Of a stretch of 64,000 bases of DNA, positions 30,118 through 41,006 are shown in pieces; within the stretch, counting starts at the first letter, position 1, and each line of letters begins with the position of its first letter. Origin of the DNA: Candidatus Krumholzibacteriia bacterium (lineage in GTDB: Bacteria > Krumholzibacteriota > Krumholzibacteriia > Krumholzibacteriales > Krumholzibacteriaceae). Under the pieces are notes generated by a model. That model made no database searches and was not told the DNA's origin. It saw only the letters and a list, made by a program, of their open reading frames with translations. Position numbers and translations under genes: made by a program. The stretch is taken from the NCBI GenBank assembly GCA_963836185.1, contig CAWIIQ010000001.1, positions 1,472,001 through 1,536,000 of the forward strand. The letters are read 5' to 3'.

Positions 30118-31257
30118 TTGTCCCGGACAAGATATGTCGTATGCGCTCTCCTGACGATAATACTCCTTCTGGTCGTTCTCGAACTGATCACGATGACAGC
30201 GTTCCGGATCTTCAAGGACCGGTTCACATTCTATTCATCAGACAGATACGTGCTGTCGGAGAATGATGTAGAGCGGATCTCCACATGGTTCGACGCCGGG
30301 CTCGGATGGTCATATCACTACGATACTCCTTTCTCTGAAAGGCCGAGAGAGATGGAGTACGGGAGACCTCTTATATCCGCGTTCGGGGATTCATACACAC
30401 ATTGTACTGATGTAGAAGATGATGAGAGCTGGCAGCATTACATCTCTGTGATCCTGGAAGCCGACGCGTATAATTTCGGTACGGGCGGATACGGGACGGA
30501 TCAGGCATGCCTGAAATTCCTCGAGATCGCGCCGCTGCTCAGAACCGATGTCGTCGTAATTGGCCTTACTCCTGAGAACATAAACAGGATCGTCAATGTC
30601 TACAGGCCGTTCTACTTCTCGAAAACCGGAATAAAGCTGCCCAAGCCCCGTTTCGTGATCGACGGTGGAGCTCTGAAGCTCCTGAAGAATCCGATCGGAG
30701 ACAAGACAGAGATCAAACGTCTTGTCGACCGGGATTTTGTCATGAGTCTCGGTGAGAATGACTGGTGGTTTAACAGGGACCGGCACCCTGTGCTGGGATT
30801 CCCGCACCTCGGAATCCTGTTTAACAAGAGGATGTGGTTCGAAGCGACTCACGGAAAGAAGAAAGGCGGAGGACTGGACGACACGGTGCCGAGACCCTGG
30901 GAGAACCTCTGGGAGAATGATGAAGCCTGCAGGCTCATGGAGATGCTTTTGACTGAATTCATTGAAGAGATCAAAGAGAGGGGTTCAGCCCCGGTTGTTA
31001 TGATCTCAGCGATGCAAGCAGATGTTTTCAGGAAATTCATGACCGGGGATGACCCGGTCCCCGTGCAGCGGATAAAGGAATTCTGCGCATCGAGGGATTG
31101 TCTGTGTTTTGACGCTGTCGAGGTCCTTGCTTCAAGTGTCTCCGATATGGAACAGATCCCGGAACTTTACAACGTTCATGTATCGCCGAAGGGGAACAGG
31201 ATCATCGCGGAGAATTTTGCCGTTTTCCTCGAGGAACACAATCTGATCAGAGAGTAA
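30118..31257 (+). CDS. SGNH/GDSL hydrolase-family protein, membrane anchored
   Basis: FGDSYT, NFGTGGYGTDQ, HVSPKGNRIIA. Confidence 0.8.
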   Translation: MSRTRYVVCALLTIILLLVVLELITMTAFRIFKDRFTFYSSDRYVLSENDVERISTWFDAGLGWSYHYDTPFSERPREMEYGRPLISAFGDSYTHCTDVEDDESWQHYISVILEADAYNFGTGGYGTDQACLKFLEIAPLLRTDVVVIGLTPENINRIVNVYRPFYFSKTGIKLPKPRFVIDGGALKLLKNPIGDKTEIKRLVDRDFVMSLGENDWWFNRDRHPVLGFPHLGILFNKRMWFEATHGKKKGGGLDDTVPRPWENLWENDEACRLMEMLLTEFIEEIKERGSAPVVMISAMQADVFRKFMTGDDPVPVQRIKEFCASRDCLCFDAVEVLASSVSDMEQIPELYNVHVSPKGNRIIAENFAVFLEEHNLIRE

Positions 31258-31269
31258 AAGGTGGATATT

Positions 31270-33291
31270 ATGAGACGCTTTTTGTCACTGTTCATTTTCT
31301 CGATATTATTGACCGTTCTATTCTCTTCCGGTGTCAGCGCGGAAACAGTCACCTCTCCTTCAGGAGAGATAAGCCTGACTGTGCGCCTGGAGAACGGCCG
31401 GCCGATGTACAGTATAGCTTTTAATAAAAAGCCGGTAGTAAACGATAGCCACCTGGGCCTGATAATGGCCGAAGGGACAGACCTCTCGGCCGGACTAAGG
31501 GTAATCGATACCGCCAGGGAAAGTGTTGATGGCAGATGGACCCAGCCATGGGGGGAGAGGCGCGAAGTGCTCGACAGGCACAACGAGCTCAGGCTGGTGC
31601 TCGCCAGGGAAGGCTCGGATGATCCGGAGCTAATACTTGTGTTCAGGGTCTTTGTCGATGGTGTGGGATTCAGATACGAACTGCCGAAGAACAACGGTCC
31701 GGATGAATTCATCATAGCTGATGAAAAGACCGAGTTCGCCCTGGCAGGGGATAACAGGGTATGGTGGATACCTGCTTTCGAAAACAACAGATACGAATAT
31801 CTTTACACCGAGTCTGATGTCAGCGGCCTGAGATCGGTGCATACTCCGCTGACGATGGTTACGAAAGATGGTATTCATCTCTCGGTCGACGAGGCGGCGC
31901 TTACTGACTGGGCCAGCATGACATTGAAAAAGGCAGCCGGGAACATCCTCGAGTGTGAACTTGTCCCCTGGTCAAATGGGGACAAGGTCAGGGGGCGAAG
32001 GCCTGCCATGTCGCCGTGGAGGACGGTCATGATATCCAGAGACGCGGCAGGGCTGCTCACATCGACAATGATCCTCAATCTCAACGAACCCTCCAGGATA
32101 GAGGACACATCGTGGATCAAGCCGGGCAGGTACGTCGGTATCTGGTGGGGAATGCATATCGGGAAGTACACGTGGGGGTCCGGACAGAAACACGGGGCGA
32201 CGACCGCGAACACGAAGTTGTACATCGATTTCGCCGCCGAGCACGGGTTCGACGGTGTCCTGGTAGAAGGGTGGAACCTCGGCTGGGACGATAACTGGTT
32301 CGCCGATGGCAGTTTCTTCCAGTTCACTATCCCGCATCCGGATTTTAACATGGAAGAGATCACCAGGTACTGCGCTGAAAAGGGCGTTTACCTGATAGGC
32401 CACCACGAGACGGGGGCCGATATCGATAACTACGAGAGGCAGCTCGACGCTGCATTCGAATATTACGAGAAGCACGGGGTCAAGGCCGTCAAGACCGGGT
32501 ATGTCGGACACAGGACAAACGAGTTCGAGTGGCACCATGGACAGTACATGGTGAACCATTACAGGAAGGTCGTAGAGAAAGCTGCTGAGCATCATGTCAT
32601 GGTGATAGTCCACGAGCCGATAAAGGCGACCGGCATACGCCGGACGTGGCCCAATATGATATCTCGAGAGGGTGCAAGGGGGCAGGAATACGACGCCTGG
32701 AGCGGGGATGGAGGTAATCCGCCTGACCATACGACGATCATCCCTTTCACAAGGCTGCTGGGAGGGCCGTTCGACTTTACTCCCGGGACATTCGACCTTT
32801 ACTTCAGCGAGGCCGGAAGACCGAATAACCGGGTCAATACGACTCTTGCGAAGCAGCTCGCTCTATATGTCGTGATATACAGCCCGATGCAGATGGCCTC
32901 GGACCTGCCGGAAAATTACGAAGGACAGCCGGCATTCGAATTCATAAAAACGGTACCGTCGGACTGGGAAGAGACCCTCGCCCTGCATGCCGCTATAGGA
33001 GATTATGTGACTGTCGCAAGAAAGCGGCGCGGGGGAGATGACTGGTTCATAGGAAGCATCACAGATGAAGAAGGCAGAACCCTTGAGGCGCACCTTTCCT
33101 TTCTCGATGATGGAGTCGAGTACGAGGCGACGATATATGCCGACGCCCGGGGCGCGGACTGGGAAGACAGGCCGTACATGATCGACATCCGAAAAGAGAG
33201 GGTCGATTCCTCATCGATCCTGAAGCTCGAACTCGCTCCGGGAGGGGGCCAGGCCGTCAGGATCAGTCCAATTCCCCGCTCGGTAGAATAA
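31270..33291 (+). CDS. Glycoside hydrolase family 97 (alpha-glucosidase, SusB-like)
   Basis: WIKPGRYVGIWWGMH, VLVEGWNLGW, HHETG, VKTGYV, REGARGQEY, DFTPG, TTLAKQLALYV. Confidence 0.95.
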   Translation: MRRFLSLFIFSILLTVLFSSGVSAETVTSPSGEISLTVRLENGRPMYSIAFNKKPVVNDSHLGLIMAEGTDLSAGLRVIDTARESVDGRWTQPWGERREVLDRHNELRLVLAREGSDDPELILVFRVFVDGVGFRYELPKNNGPDEFIIADEKTEFALAGDNRVWWIPAFENNRYEYLYTESDVSGLRSVHTPLTMVTKDGIHLSVDEAALTDWASMTLKKAAGNILECELVPWSNGDKVRGRRPAMSPWRTVMISRDAAGLLTSTMILNLNEPSRIEDTSWIKPGRYVGIWWGMHIGKYTWGSGQKHGATTANTKLYIDFAAEHGFDGVLVEGWNLGWDDNWFADGSFFQFTIPHPDFNMEEITRYCAEKGVYLIGHHETGADIDNYERQLDAAFEYYEKHGVKAVKTGYVGHRTNEFEWHHGQYMVNHYRKVVEKAAEHHVMVIVHEPIKATGIRRTWPNMISREGARGQEYDAWSGDGGNPPDHTTIIPFTRLLGGPFDFTPGTFDLYFSEAGRPNNRVNTTLAKQLALYVVIYSPMQMASDLPENYEGQPAFEFIKTVPSDWEETLALHAAIGDYVTVARKRRGGDDWFIGSITDEEGRTLEAHLSFLDDGVEYEATIYADARGADWEDRPYMIDIRKERVDSSSILKLELAPGGGQAVRISPIPRSVE

Positions 33292-35600
33292 ACATCTTCC
33301 CGGAAAGAAAGTCTATTACCCGCAGATCTCCATCCTTGCCGACAGCCGCCCGGGTGAGATCGAAGATGGCGTCGCCGAATTGACCTCTTACATAGAATGA
33401 GACATTGTTCGTATCGTACGATGTGTCGCCGTAAGGATATTTGTGCTTCAGAATCGTGGTGAATCTTTCCACGTTCCGGATCATACGAGAGAAGACGGAA
33501 CTCACCGGGAGAATGGGCAGAGACGATCGCCCTGCCGTTCCATTCAAATATGTTGTCCGGCCTGCCTTCGAAAGGGATCTTATTTCGTTTTCCCTTTTCG
33601 CCGAGTTCCTGGAGTGTGCCGTCGATATGATTGATAAGGAATGTCTCCCCGCCGGCGACACACATACGCAGCGGTCCATCTCCGGCCGGTATCTCATTGA
33701 CTTCAAGGCTGACCTTGTTAATCGCTGAGACCATTCTGGAATCGAAGTTCGATACGTAGATCGTTTTGTCGTCAAAGACGAGGTCGGTAGCTGTAAGGCC
33801 GAGTTTGACCCTGCCGGTCACCTTTTTCCCGATCGGGTCGACTATCTGCAGGAGGCCGGGTTCAGTATCCTTCTCGCCGAGCTTGACTAGATAGAGAAAG
33901 CCAGTGTCTATGTCAAACTCTAGGATGCGCTGGGTGATCTCACGTTCGACCTCATCCTCGAGACGCAGCCGCTGTCCAGGTTCGAAGAGCCTGACCTGGT
34001 CGACCAGTGTCCCTATGAATTGCTCTTCCTTGCCCCAGTTGTTCTGGCTGAAGAAGAGCCCGCCGTCAGGCCCTGGTGTCATGGCAAGCGCCTGCCTCGG
34101 GATCCTCCTGTCATAGAAGGAGTAGTCCTCCGAATCGATCAGAAGTATTCCGTTTTTCGCGTCCCATATATATACGTTCGGCCAGTACGACTGATGAGGG
34201 CCGTAGGAGAGATATATGTCTCCTTCCGGCGAAGGAGAGGCGCATATGGGGTAGTCGAATGGAAGCGGGCTCACCTCGAAAGCACCGTCTTCGTTTGCGA
34301 CAGCGAACTGGTCCTCATTGTTGAAGATGACGAAATCACCCGATGCCGCGTTCTCTACAAGGTCGACAGGGGCCCACCCAGTACGGATCTTGCTCGATTC
34401 GCCCTTGAACGGGTCGAATACGCTGATCGCCGCGCCGAACGTGCCGTTTACCGCCGATGCTCCTTTCGGAAAGTACAGCAGGCCTCTGTGCTGATCATAT
34501 GCCATCGTGAACATATGGGGGATAATGCCGAGGCCAGGATAACGCTTGATGAGTCTGCGTGATCTGAGGTCGATGACATCGATCTCGCCGTGTGCCCAGC
34601 TGGCGATAAACAGCAGATCATCCTCGGTATCGAAGGCGCTGGCATCGTTGCCATAGGCGGGTATCAGTATCTCATGAAGTGCCCCCCCCTCGCTGAAATC
34701 CACGACATGGACCGAGGCGGCATTATCGTACGGTATGTAGACTTCATCCCGGGCTGGATTGTATATGATGCCTACACCTTCGCGGTATCCCGGAAGGGGG
34801 ACGACAAGGTCGTCGGAGCCAGTCACATCGATCATAGCGGCCTCTATAACATCACGGGTGTCTGTCTCTATGACGATGTACAGCCGGTGATCGGTCTCGT
34901 TGTATCCGCCAAGGTGCCATCTGCCCCCGGAAGTGACAGGAAGTGGCCGCGGTCCGTCCGGTTCCCCGGTCGCGGAATCAAAGAGCCATAAAGTAGAGGT
35001 ATACCCGTCGACAGCGACGATCTTGTCGAGAACGGAATCGCATATGACCTTTCGAAGGGGCGGTGGGGGAGTGGCGTTAAGGTTTATCAGCGGTTCGCTC
35101 GTCACGAGCCAGTCCAGCTCGCGCAGTTTCTTCTTTTTTACGTCATAGAAGTATAGATAGGGACTCTCACGGCCGGCGAGAAATACATTGCTGGTAGTCT
35201 CATCGACGGCGATCGATTCTAGCTGCACGTCCGTCTTTACTGTCAGAGCGGATCCATTGTCGGGATCTATGATATAGAAGCAGCCTGTACCGATAAGACA
35301 GACCTGACCGGTGGCCCTGTGGATTATCATCGATTCGGCCTTCAGGTGCTGGCAGGCCCGGCCGTCCAGTGGGATATTGCGGACCCCGCCGTCGGAGCAG
35401 TCGATGACCGTCAGGGAGGAGCTCAGCGTGTTTGCCGCGATGATCCTGCCGCGTTCCGCGTCTGCCATGACCAGTACGGGCCCGGCTGCGTTTATTGAAA
35501 GCCCGGTTCCTTCAAGGAAATCGACGATCGTCACTTCACCGGCGCCTGAGCAGGCCGGCAAAAGGAGAATGGCGAGCAGGACCGTGATTCTGCGGATCAT
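33263..35600 (-). CDS. YncE/YVTN-like beta-propeller lipoprotein; frameshift near 33467
   Basis: Lipobox LPAC; repeated blade motifs (IYVSNFDSRMVSAI, LFIASWAHGEIDVIDL); joins ORF 33263-33775. Confidence 0.7.
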
Positions 35601-35765
35601 GGCGTCGGGACTCCTTCCGTGCGGGTCTTCGTTCGGTGAATAGCCGACATTATACACACAGGGCGCCGTTCGATACATATTGAATATCCCTGGCAAAATG
35701 GCATATTCTTACTGTTCATGACGGCAATACGAAATAAACACACCCGTAAGGAAGGCAGCGAGCCT

Positions 35766-37181
35766 ATGAAGAAGACAGAGGACGGCAGAGGAAAGGGATT
35801 CGAAGAGTTTATCGCGGAATGTCCCGGATACGAGGAAACGAGCAGGATCGATGAGCTCAGGTCGATCGAGTATTCACGGCTCGACAGCCAGGGGCACGTA
35901 TACCTAGATTACACGGGGGGCGGCCTGTACAGCGACCTGCAGATACGTCAGCATATGGAACTCCTGCTGGGAAACGTCCTGGGAAATCCGCATTCCTTCA
36001 ATCCCACTTCGAGCTTTACCACAGATATGGTAGATAGATGCCGGCGAAGGGTCCTCAAGTTCTTCAATGCTCCCACTGATGAGTATGTCGCGATATTTAC
36101 CGCCAACGCGACCCATGCGCTGAAGCTCGTCGGTGAATCGTATCCATTCGACAGGGGGGATATGTTCCTCCTGAGCTTCGACAATCATAACTCGGTCAAT
36201 GGTATAAGGGAATTCGACAGGGCATGTGGAGCGATAACACGCTATATACCGGTCGTACCACCGGACATGCGCCTCTACGACCAGGTACTGGAAAGAAACC
36301 TCTCGGAGGTGGCGGATTCGAAGAACAGGCTCTTTGCCTTTCCCGCACAGTCTAATTTCTCCGGTGTCCATCATCCGCTGGAGTGGATCGACAAGGCGCA
36401 TGAGCATGGATGGGACGTTCTTCTGGACGCGGCGGCTTTCGTCCCCACGAACAGGCTCGACCTTTCGAAGTACAAAGCTGATTTCGTGGCGGTCTCCTTC
36501 TACAAGATATTCGGGTACCCGACGGGAGTGGGCGCGCTGGTGGCGAGACGGGAGGCCCTGGAGAAACTGCACCGGCCCTGGTTTGCAGGCGGAACGATAA
36601 CCGTTGCCTCCGTCCAGGCAGACAAGTATTACCTCGCCGAGGGAGCGGAGGGTTTCGAGGATGGGACCCTGAACTACGCCTGTCTCCCTGCGGTTGAGAC
36701 CGGAATAGATTTCATCGAATCCCTCGGCATGGATACGATCCACGACCGGGTCCAGTGCCTCACCGATTACCTGCTTCAAAAGCTCATGGATCTGAAGCAT
36801 GGAAACGGCCGGCCGATCGTCCGGATATACGGACCTACCGATACGAAGGGAAGAGGGGGAACCGTAGCCCTGAACATATACACAGCGAACAGCACGGTGG
36901 TAGACCACCGTATCGTCGAAGACAGGGCGGCAAAAAGGCACATATCGCTGAGGACCGGTTGTTTCTGCAATCCAGGCGCCGGCGAACTCGCCCTGGGGCT
37001 TTCAAAGGACGAGATGATCCGCTGCCTCCACAATCCCGGATCCAGAATGAGCCTCGAGGAGTTCTGGCAGTGCATCGACGGAAAAAGCACCGGTGCGGTC
37101 AGGTTGTCGCTGGGGATCGTCTCGAACTATAATGACGTCCAGCGCGCCCTCGATTTCATCCTGGAGTTCAGGGAAGACTGA
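35766..37181 (+). CDS. Class V PLP enzyme: NifS-like domain of molybdenum-cofactor-sulfurase type (cysteine desulfurase-like)
   Basis: YLDYTGGGLY, GNPHS, DNHNSVNGIRE, PAQSNFSG, LDAAAF, SFYKIFGYPTG, LRTGCFCNPG. Confidence 0.85.
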   Translation: MKKTEDGRGKGFEEFIAECPGYEETSRIDELRSIEYSRLDSQGHVYLDYTGGGLYSDLQIRQHMELLLGNVLGNPHSFNPTSSFTTDMVDRCRRRVLKFFNAPTDEYVAIFTANATHALKLVGESYPFDRGDMFLLSFDNHNSVNGIREFDRACGAITRYIPVVPPDMRLYDQVLERNLSEVADSKNRLFAFPAQSNFSGVHHPLEWIDKAHEHGWDVLLDAAAFVPTNRLDLSKYKADFVAVSFYKIFGYPTGVGALVARREALEKLHRPWFAGGTITVASVQADKYYLAEGAEGFEDGTLNYACLPAVETGIDFIESLGMDTIHDRVQCLTDYLLQKLMDLKHGNGRPIVRIYGPTDTKGRGGTVALNIYTANSTVVDHRIVEDRAAKRHISLRTGCFCNPGAGELALGLSKDEMIRCLHNPGSRMSLEEFWQCIDGKSTGAVRLSLGIVSNYNDVQRALDFILEFRED

Positions 37182-37228
37182 CCCGGAAGCTCGAAGGAAA
37201 AACCTCACAAAAATGGGCAGAAAAATAC

Positions 37229-37279
37229 TTGACCCAAAGTCTGGGTTATAATAATATAAGTATATTCATATGTTCTTAT
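37229..37279 (+). promoter_or_regulatory. Promoter of the tusA-hdr operon with ArsR-type inverted repeats
   Basis: TTGACC-17nt-TAATAT; ACCCA-N5-TGGGT in the spacer; ATAAG-N14-CTTAT imperfect palindrome at 37256-37279. Confidence 0.55.
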
Positions 37280-37299
37280 CTACTTAAGGAAGGTATATC

Positions 37300-37554
37300 A
37301 TGGAAGACAACGAACTGAGGGAACTCCAGGCAGACAAGACTATCGACGCAAGGGGAATGGCATGCCCGGGGCCTCTGCTCGAGGCGAAGAAATCTATGGC
37401 CGATATAGCGGACAACGGCGTCCTTGAAGTGCTTTCCTCCGATGAAGGCACGAATAACGATATTCCCATGTGGTCGAAGAAGATGAATTACGAGGTCCTC
37501 GGGATCCTCGAGGAAGCCGGATTCTGGCGCCTCTTTGTCAAGAAGACCGTCTGA
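37300..37554 (+). CDS. tusA: TusA-family sulfur carrier
   Basis: IDARGMACPGPLL (CPxP), VLSSDEG..DIPMW. Confidence 0.9.
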   Translation: MEDNELRELQADKTIDARGMACPGPLLEAKKSMADIADNGVLEVLSSDEGTNNDIPMWSKKMNYEVLGILEEAGFWRLFVKKTV

Positions 37555-37567
37555 GGCCGGTGCGAAT

Positions 37568-37873
37568 ATGAGCAAGGACCTTCCAGATCTTGAGAACTGC
37601 AGCAGGGTAGCCACGATATTGAAATCTATGGCTCATCCGCAGCGTCTCTTTATCCTCTGCAGGCTTCACCAGAAGGAGTGCACCGTTACCGAGCTCGAGG
37701 AGCTGACGGACGCCTCGCAGCCGCAGATATCGCAGCATCTCCAGAGGATGAGACACGAGGGGCTCGTCGATTCAAGGCGGGAAGGCAACTTCGTCCAGTA
37801 CAGCGTCAAAGATGATCACGTGAAAGTGCTGCTGGACGCTCTTGAAGAACTATACGGGCTGAGTAACAGGTAA
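37568..37873 (+). CDS. ArsR/SmtB-family regulator (BigR/SqrR-like)
   Basis: LKSMAHPQRLFILCRL, SQPQISQHL, LVDSRREG. Confidence 0.9.
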   Translation: MSKDLPDLENCSRVATILKSMAHPQRLFILCRLHQKECTVTELEELTDASQPQISQHLQRMRHEGLVDSRREGNFVQYSVKDDHVKVLLDALEELYGLSNR

Positions 37874-38290
37874 ATGAGCGAGAAGAATCCCAAGATACTC
37901 GTTTTTTCGACGGAGAATGTATCCGATCCCGGTATCGATCTGGCCGGCAGGAACAAGATGCATTACTCGCCGTCGGTCTATGTCATCACCCTTCCATGTT
38001 CGAGCGGGATAAGGCCGTCGTGGATAGTTCACGCTGTCGAGAATGGCTTCGATGGAGTGTTCATCGCGGCGGATGGAAGCGATTGCGCATATATCTCGGA
38101 TTGTACGACGAGGACGGGAAAGATAATAGCGGACGCTCAGGATATGATGAGGGAGCGGGAAATCGATCCTTCCAGGCTCAAGATGGCCGCCATCTGCTCG
38201 GTATGCGCAGAGCCTTTCGAGAAATACATGGACAGTTTCAGCGCGCAGCTCAGGAAGATCGCTGCCGCTTCAACCCCGAGTACGGAGTAG
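37874..38290 (+). CDS. MvhD/FlpD-like iron-sulfur subunit with atypical Cys pattern
   Basis: DLAG..MHYSP..LPCSS..GFDGVFI..DCAY..IDPSRL; lies before hdrA genes. Confidence 0.8.
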   Translation: MSEKNPKILVFSTENVSDPGIDLAGRNKMHYSPSVYVITLPCSSGIRPSWIVHAVENGFDGVFIAADGSDCAYISDCTTRTGKIIADAQDMMREREIDPSRLKMAAICSVCAEPFEKYMDSFSAQLRKIAAASTPSTE

Positions 38291-38296
38291 AACGAA

Positions 38297-41006
38297 TTGG
38301 ATTATGACGCGCTGGTGATCGGTGGCGGAATAGCCGGTATGGAGTCGGGGATTCTTCTCGGCGATATGGGCTATGATGTCCTCATGGTAGAGAAGGAGCC
38401 GAGTATCGGCGGGAAGATGATCCTGCTGAGCAAGGTCTTCCCGACCCTCGACTGCGCCAGCTGCATCTCGACGCCCAAGATGGCAGGCACGGCAAATCAT
38501 CCGAAGATAGATCTCAACATACACACCGAGGTGGACAGGATCGAGAAACTCGAGAATGGAAGGTTCCGGGTGACGGTCAGGAAAAAGCCGACCTACGTCG
38601 ATCTCGACAAGTGCACCGGCTGCCAGGACTGCGAGAAGGTCTGCTCCGTCACCGTCCCGGACCAGTACAACTACGATATGGTCTCGAGAAAGGCGGCCCA
38701 CATCGTCTATCCGCAGGCCGTCCCGAAAAAAGCCGTGATAACGAGGGAAGGGACCTCGCCCTGCACATTCGCCTGTCCGTCTGAGATCAAGGCGAACGGC
38801 TATATCTCGCTCGCCAGGCAGGGGGAATATGAAAAAGCTTTTAATCTTATACTGGAGGACGCTCCTCTCGTTGGGAGTCTGGGCAGAGCATGCTACGCAC
38901 CGTGCCAGAGCGAGTGTACACGCAAGGATATCGGAGATGCGCCCTACATCAAGCTGCTCAAGAGATATATAGCTGACCACTATTACGAGAGAAATCCGGA
39001 ACCGGGGTACGGACCCGTCGAGGAACGCACCGGCCGCAAGGCCGCTGTCATCGGTTCGGGGCCGGCAGGGCTCGCCGCGGCTTATTTCCTCGCGAGGAAG
39101 GGGCACGACGTAGTCATATTCGAGGCTGCCGATCAACCGGGAGGGCTTCTCCGGCTCGGTCTGCCCGCATACAGGCTTCCGAACGAGGTCGTTGACAGGG
39201 ATATAAAGAATATAACGGCACTTGGAGTGGAGATAAGGACCGGCACGAAGATAGATTCGATAGACGATCTTCGCGATGCCGGATTCGAGGCGATCTTTAT
39301 CTCGGTCGGGGCTCACAAGCCGAAAAGACTCGGCGTAGAAGGGGAGGACCTAAAAGGTGTGTCGACGGGGTTCGAGTTGCTCAGGACCATCAACGTCGGG
39401 CACAAGGTGGATCTCAGCGGCGAGAAGGTCCTTGTCGTCGGCGGCGGGAATGTGGCGATAGATGTGGCCAGGACGGCGGCGAGGCTGGGCCCTGCGGAAG
39501 TCCACCTGATGAGCCTGGAGAAACGTCACGAGATGCCCGCGACGGAGGAGGAGATCGAAGAGGCCCTGGCAGAGGGGATCGTGATCCATGACGGAGTCGG
39601 CCCGGTGAGGTTCCGCGAGAGCGAGGGCCGGGTAACAGGCGTGGAGACGGTCCGCTGTGTCAGCGTTTTCGATGAAGACGGCAGGTTCTCGCCGAAGTTC
39701 AACGATAAGGATAAAGGTTTCATCAAGGCTGACAGCGTATTTGTCTCTATCGGCCAGGTATCGGAGACATCCGTTTTCTCTGACTGCGGCATAGAGGTAA
39801 ACAGAAACAATACGATAAAGGCGGAGGCCGGCAGCCTGATGACCTGCATGGAAGGTGTATTCGCCGGCGGCGAGGCAGTCAGCGGGCCCTCGATGATCGT
39901 CGACGCGAGCGCCTATGGCAAGAGGGCCGCATGGCACATGGACCTCTACCTCAGGGGCGAAGCCTACAGCAATGTGGAATATCCGGGCAGCCTGCCCGTA
40001 GTGGACAAGGAAAAGGTGATCGCACGCCAGGAAGAGTATCCCGGAGACTCGGTCAGGCCAGGGGAACTGCCTGCCGCTTCGAGGCTGGAAAGCTTTGACG
40101 AGGTCCAGCTTCCCCTGAGTGACGAAGAAGCATCCGCCTCGGCAGCGAACTGCCTCAACTGCGGTATCTGCAGCGAATGTCACGAGTGCGTCAATATATG
40201 CCCTGCAGACGCGGTCGACCTCTATATGAAGGAAGAGATAAAGGAATACGAGGTAGGCTCGGTCGTAGTCTCCACCGGCTTCAGGATGTTTCCCGGCGAG
40301 ATACATGAGCGTTACGGGTACGGCATCGCTCCGAACGTGATAACGGCCACGCAGATGGACAGGCTCGTCGCACCGACGAGGCCATACGACAATGTGCTGA
40401 GGCCTTCCGACGGTAAGGTCCCCGACAATATAGCCTACATACTCTGCGTCGGATCGAGGGATCAGTCTCTCGGCAACCCGATCTGTTCGAGGGTGTGCTG
40501 CATGTATTCGATAAAGCAGGCACAGCTTATCCTCGGGGCGCTCCCGATCGCCGACGTGACGATCTACTTTATCGACATAAGGGCTTTCGGCAAGGGATAC
40601 GACGAGTTCTTCGAGCAGACAAAAGCGATGGGAGTCAGGTTCGTGAAGGGCAAAGTCGCCCAGATAGACGAGAAGGAAAACGGCAATCTGATATTGAGGT
40701 ACGAGGATATAGACTCGGGAGGGGCAATAAAAACAGCGGAGCACGATCTGGTCGTTCTGTCGACAGGGATCATTCCCAACCCCGATTTTACCAGTCTCTT
40801 CGAGGGAGCGGGACTGGGAACTGACGAGATGCGTTACATCGAGTGAACCTGAAGAATACAGGAACCCGGGAAAGACATCGATAGAGGGTGTCTTTGCGGC
40901 GGGCGCGGCGACTGGCCCGATGGATATACCGGATACGATCCTGCACTCAGGGGCAGCGGCTGCACAGGCCGCTTCATATATCGAAAAGATGAAAGGCCGG
41001 AGATGA
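38297..41006 (+). CDS. hdrA: HdrA/QmoA-like flavoprotein with inserted GltD/NfnB-like NAD(P)-binding module (HdrL type); frameshift near 40843
   Basis: GGGIAG, VFPTLDCASC, CTGCQDCEKVC, SPCTFACP, GSGPAG, GGGNVA, CVGSR..CSRVCC; shifted frame ends TSIEGVFAAG..GPMDIPD..GRR*. Confidence 0.88.

Noticed and set aside
40844-40846. TGA in hdrA as possible selenocysteine
   Set aside because: The homologous C-terminus (TSIEGVFAAG..GPMDIPD) continues in another frame, a second TGA follows two codons later, and this is not a Cys position. It is a frameshift.
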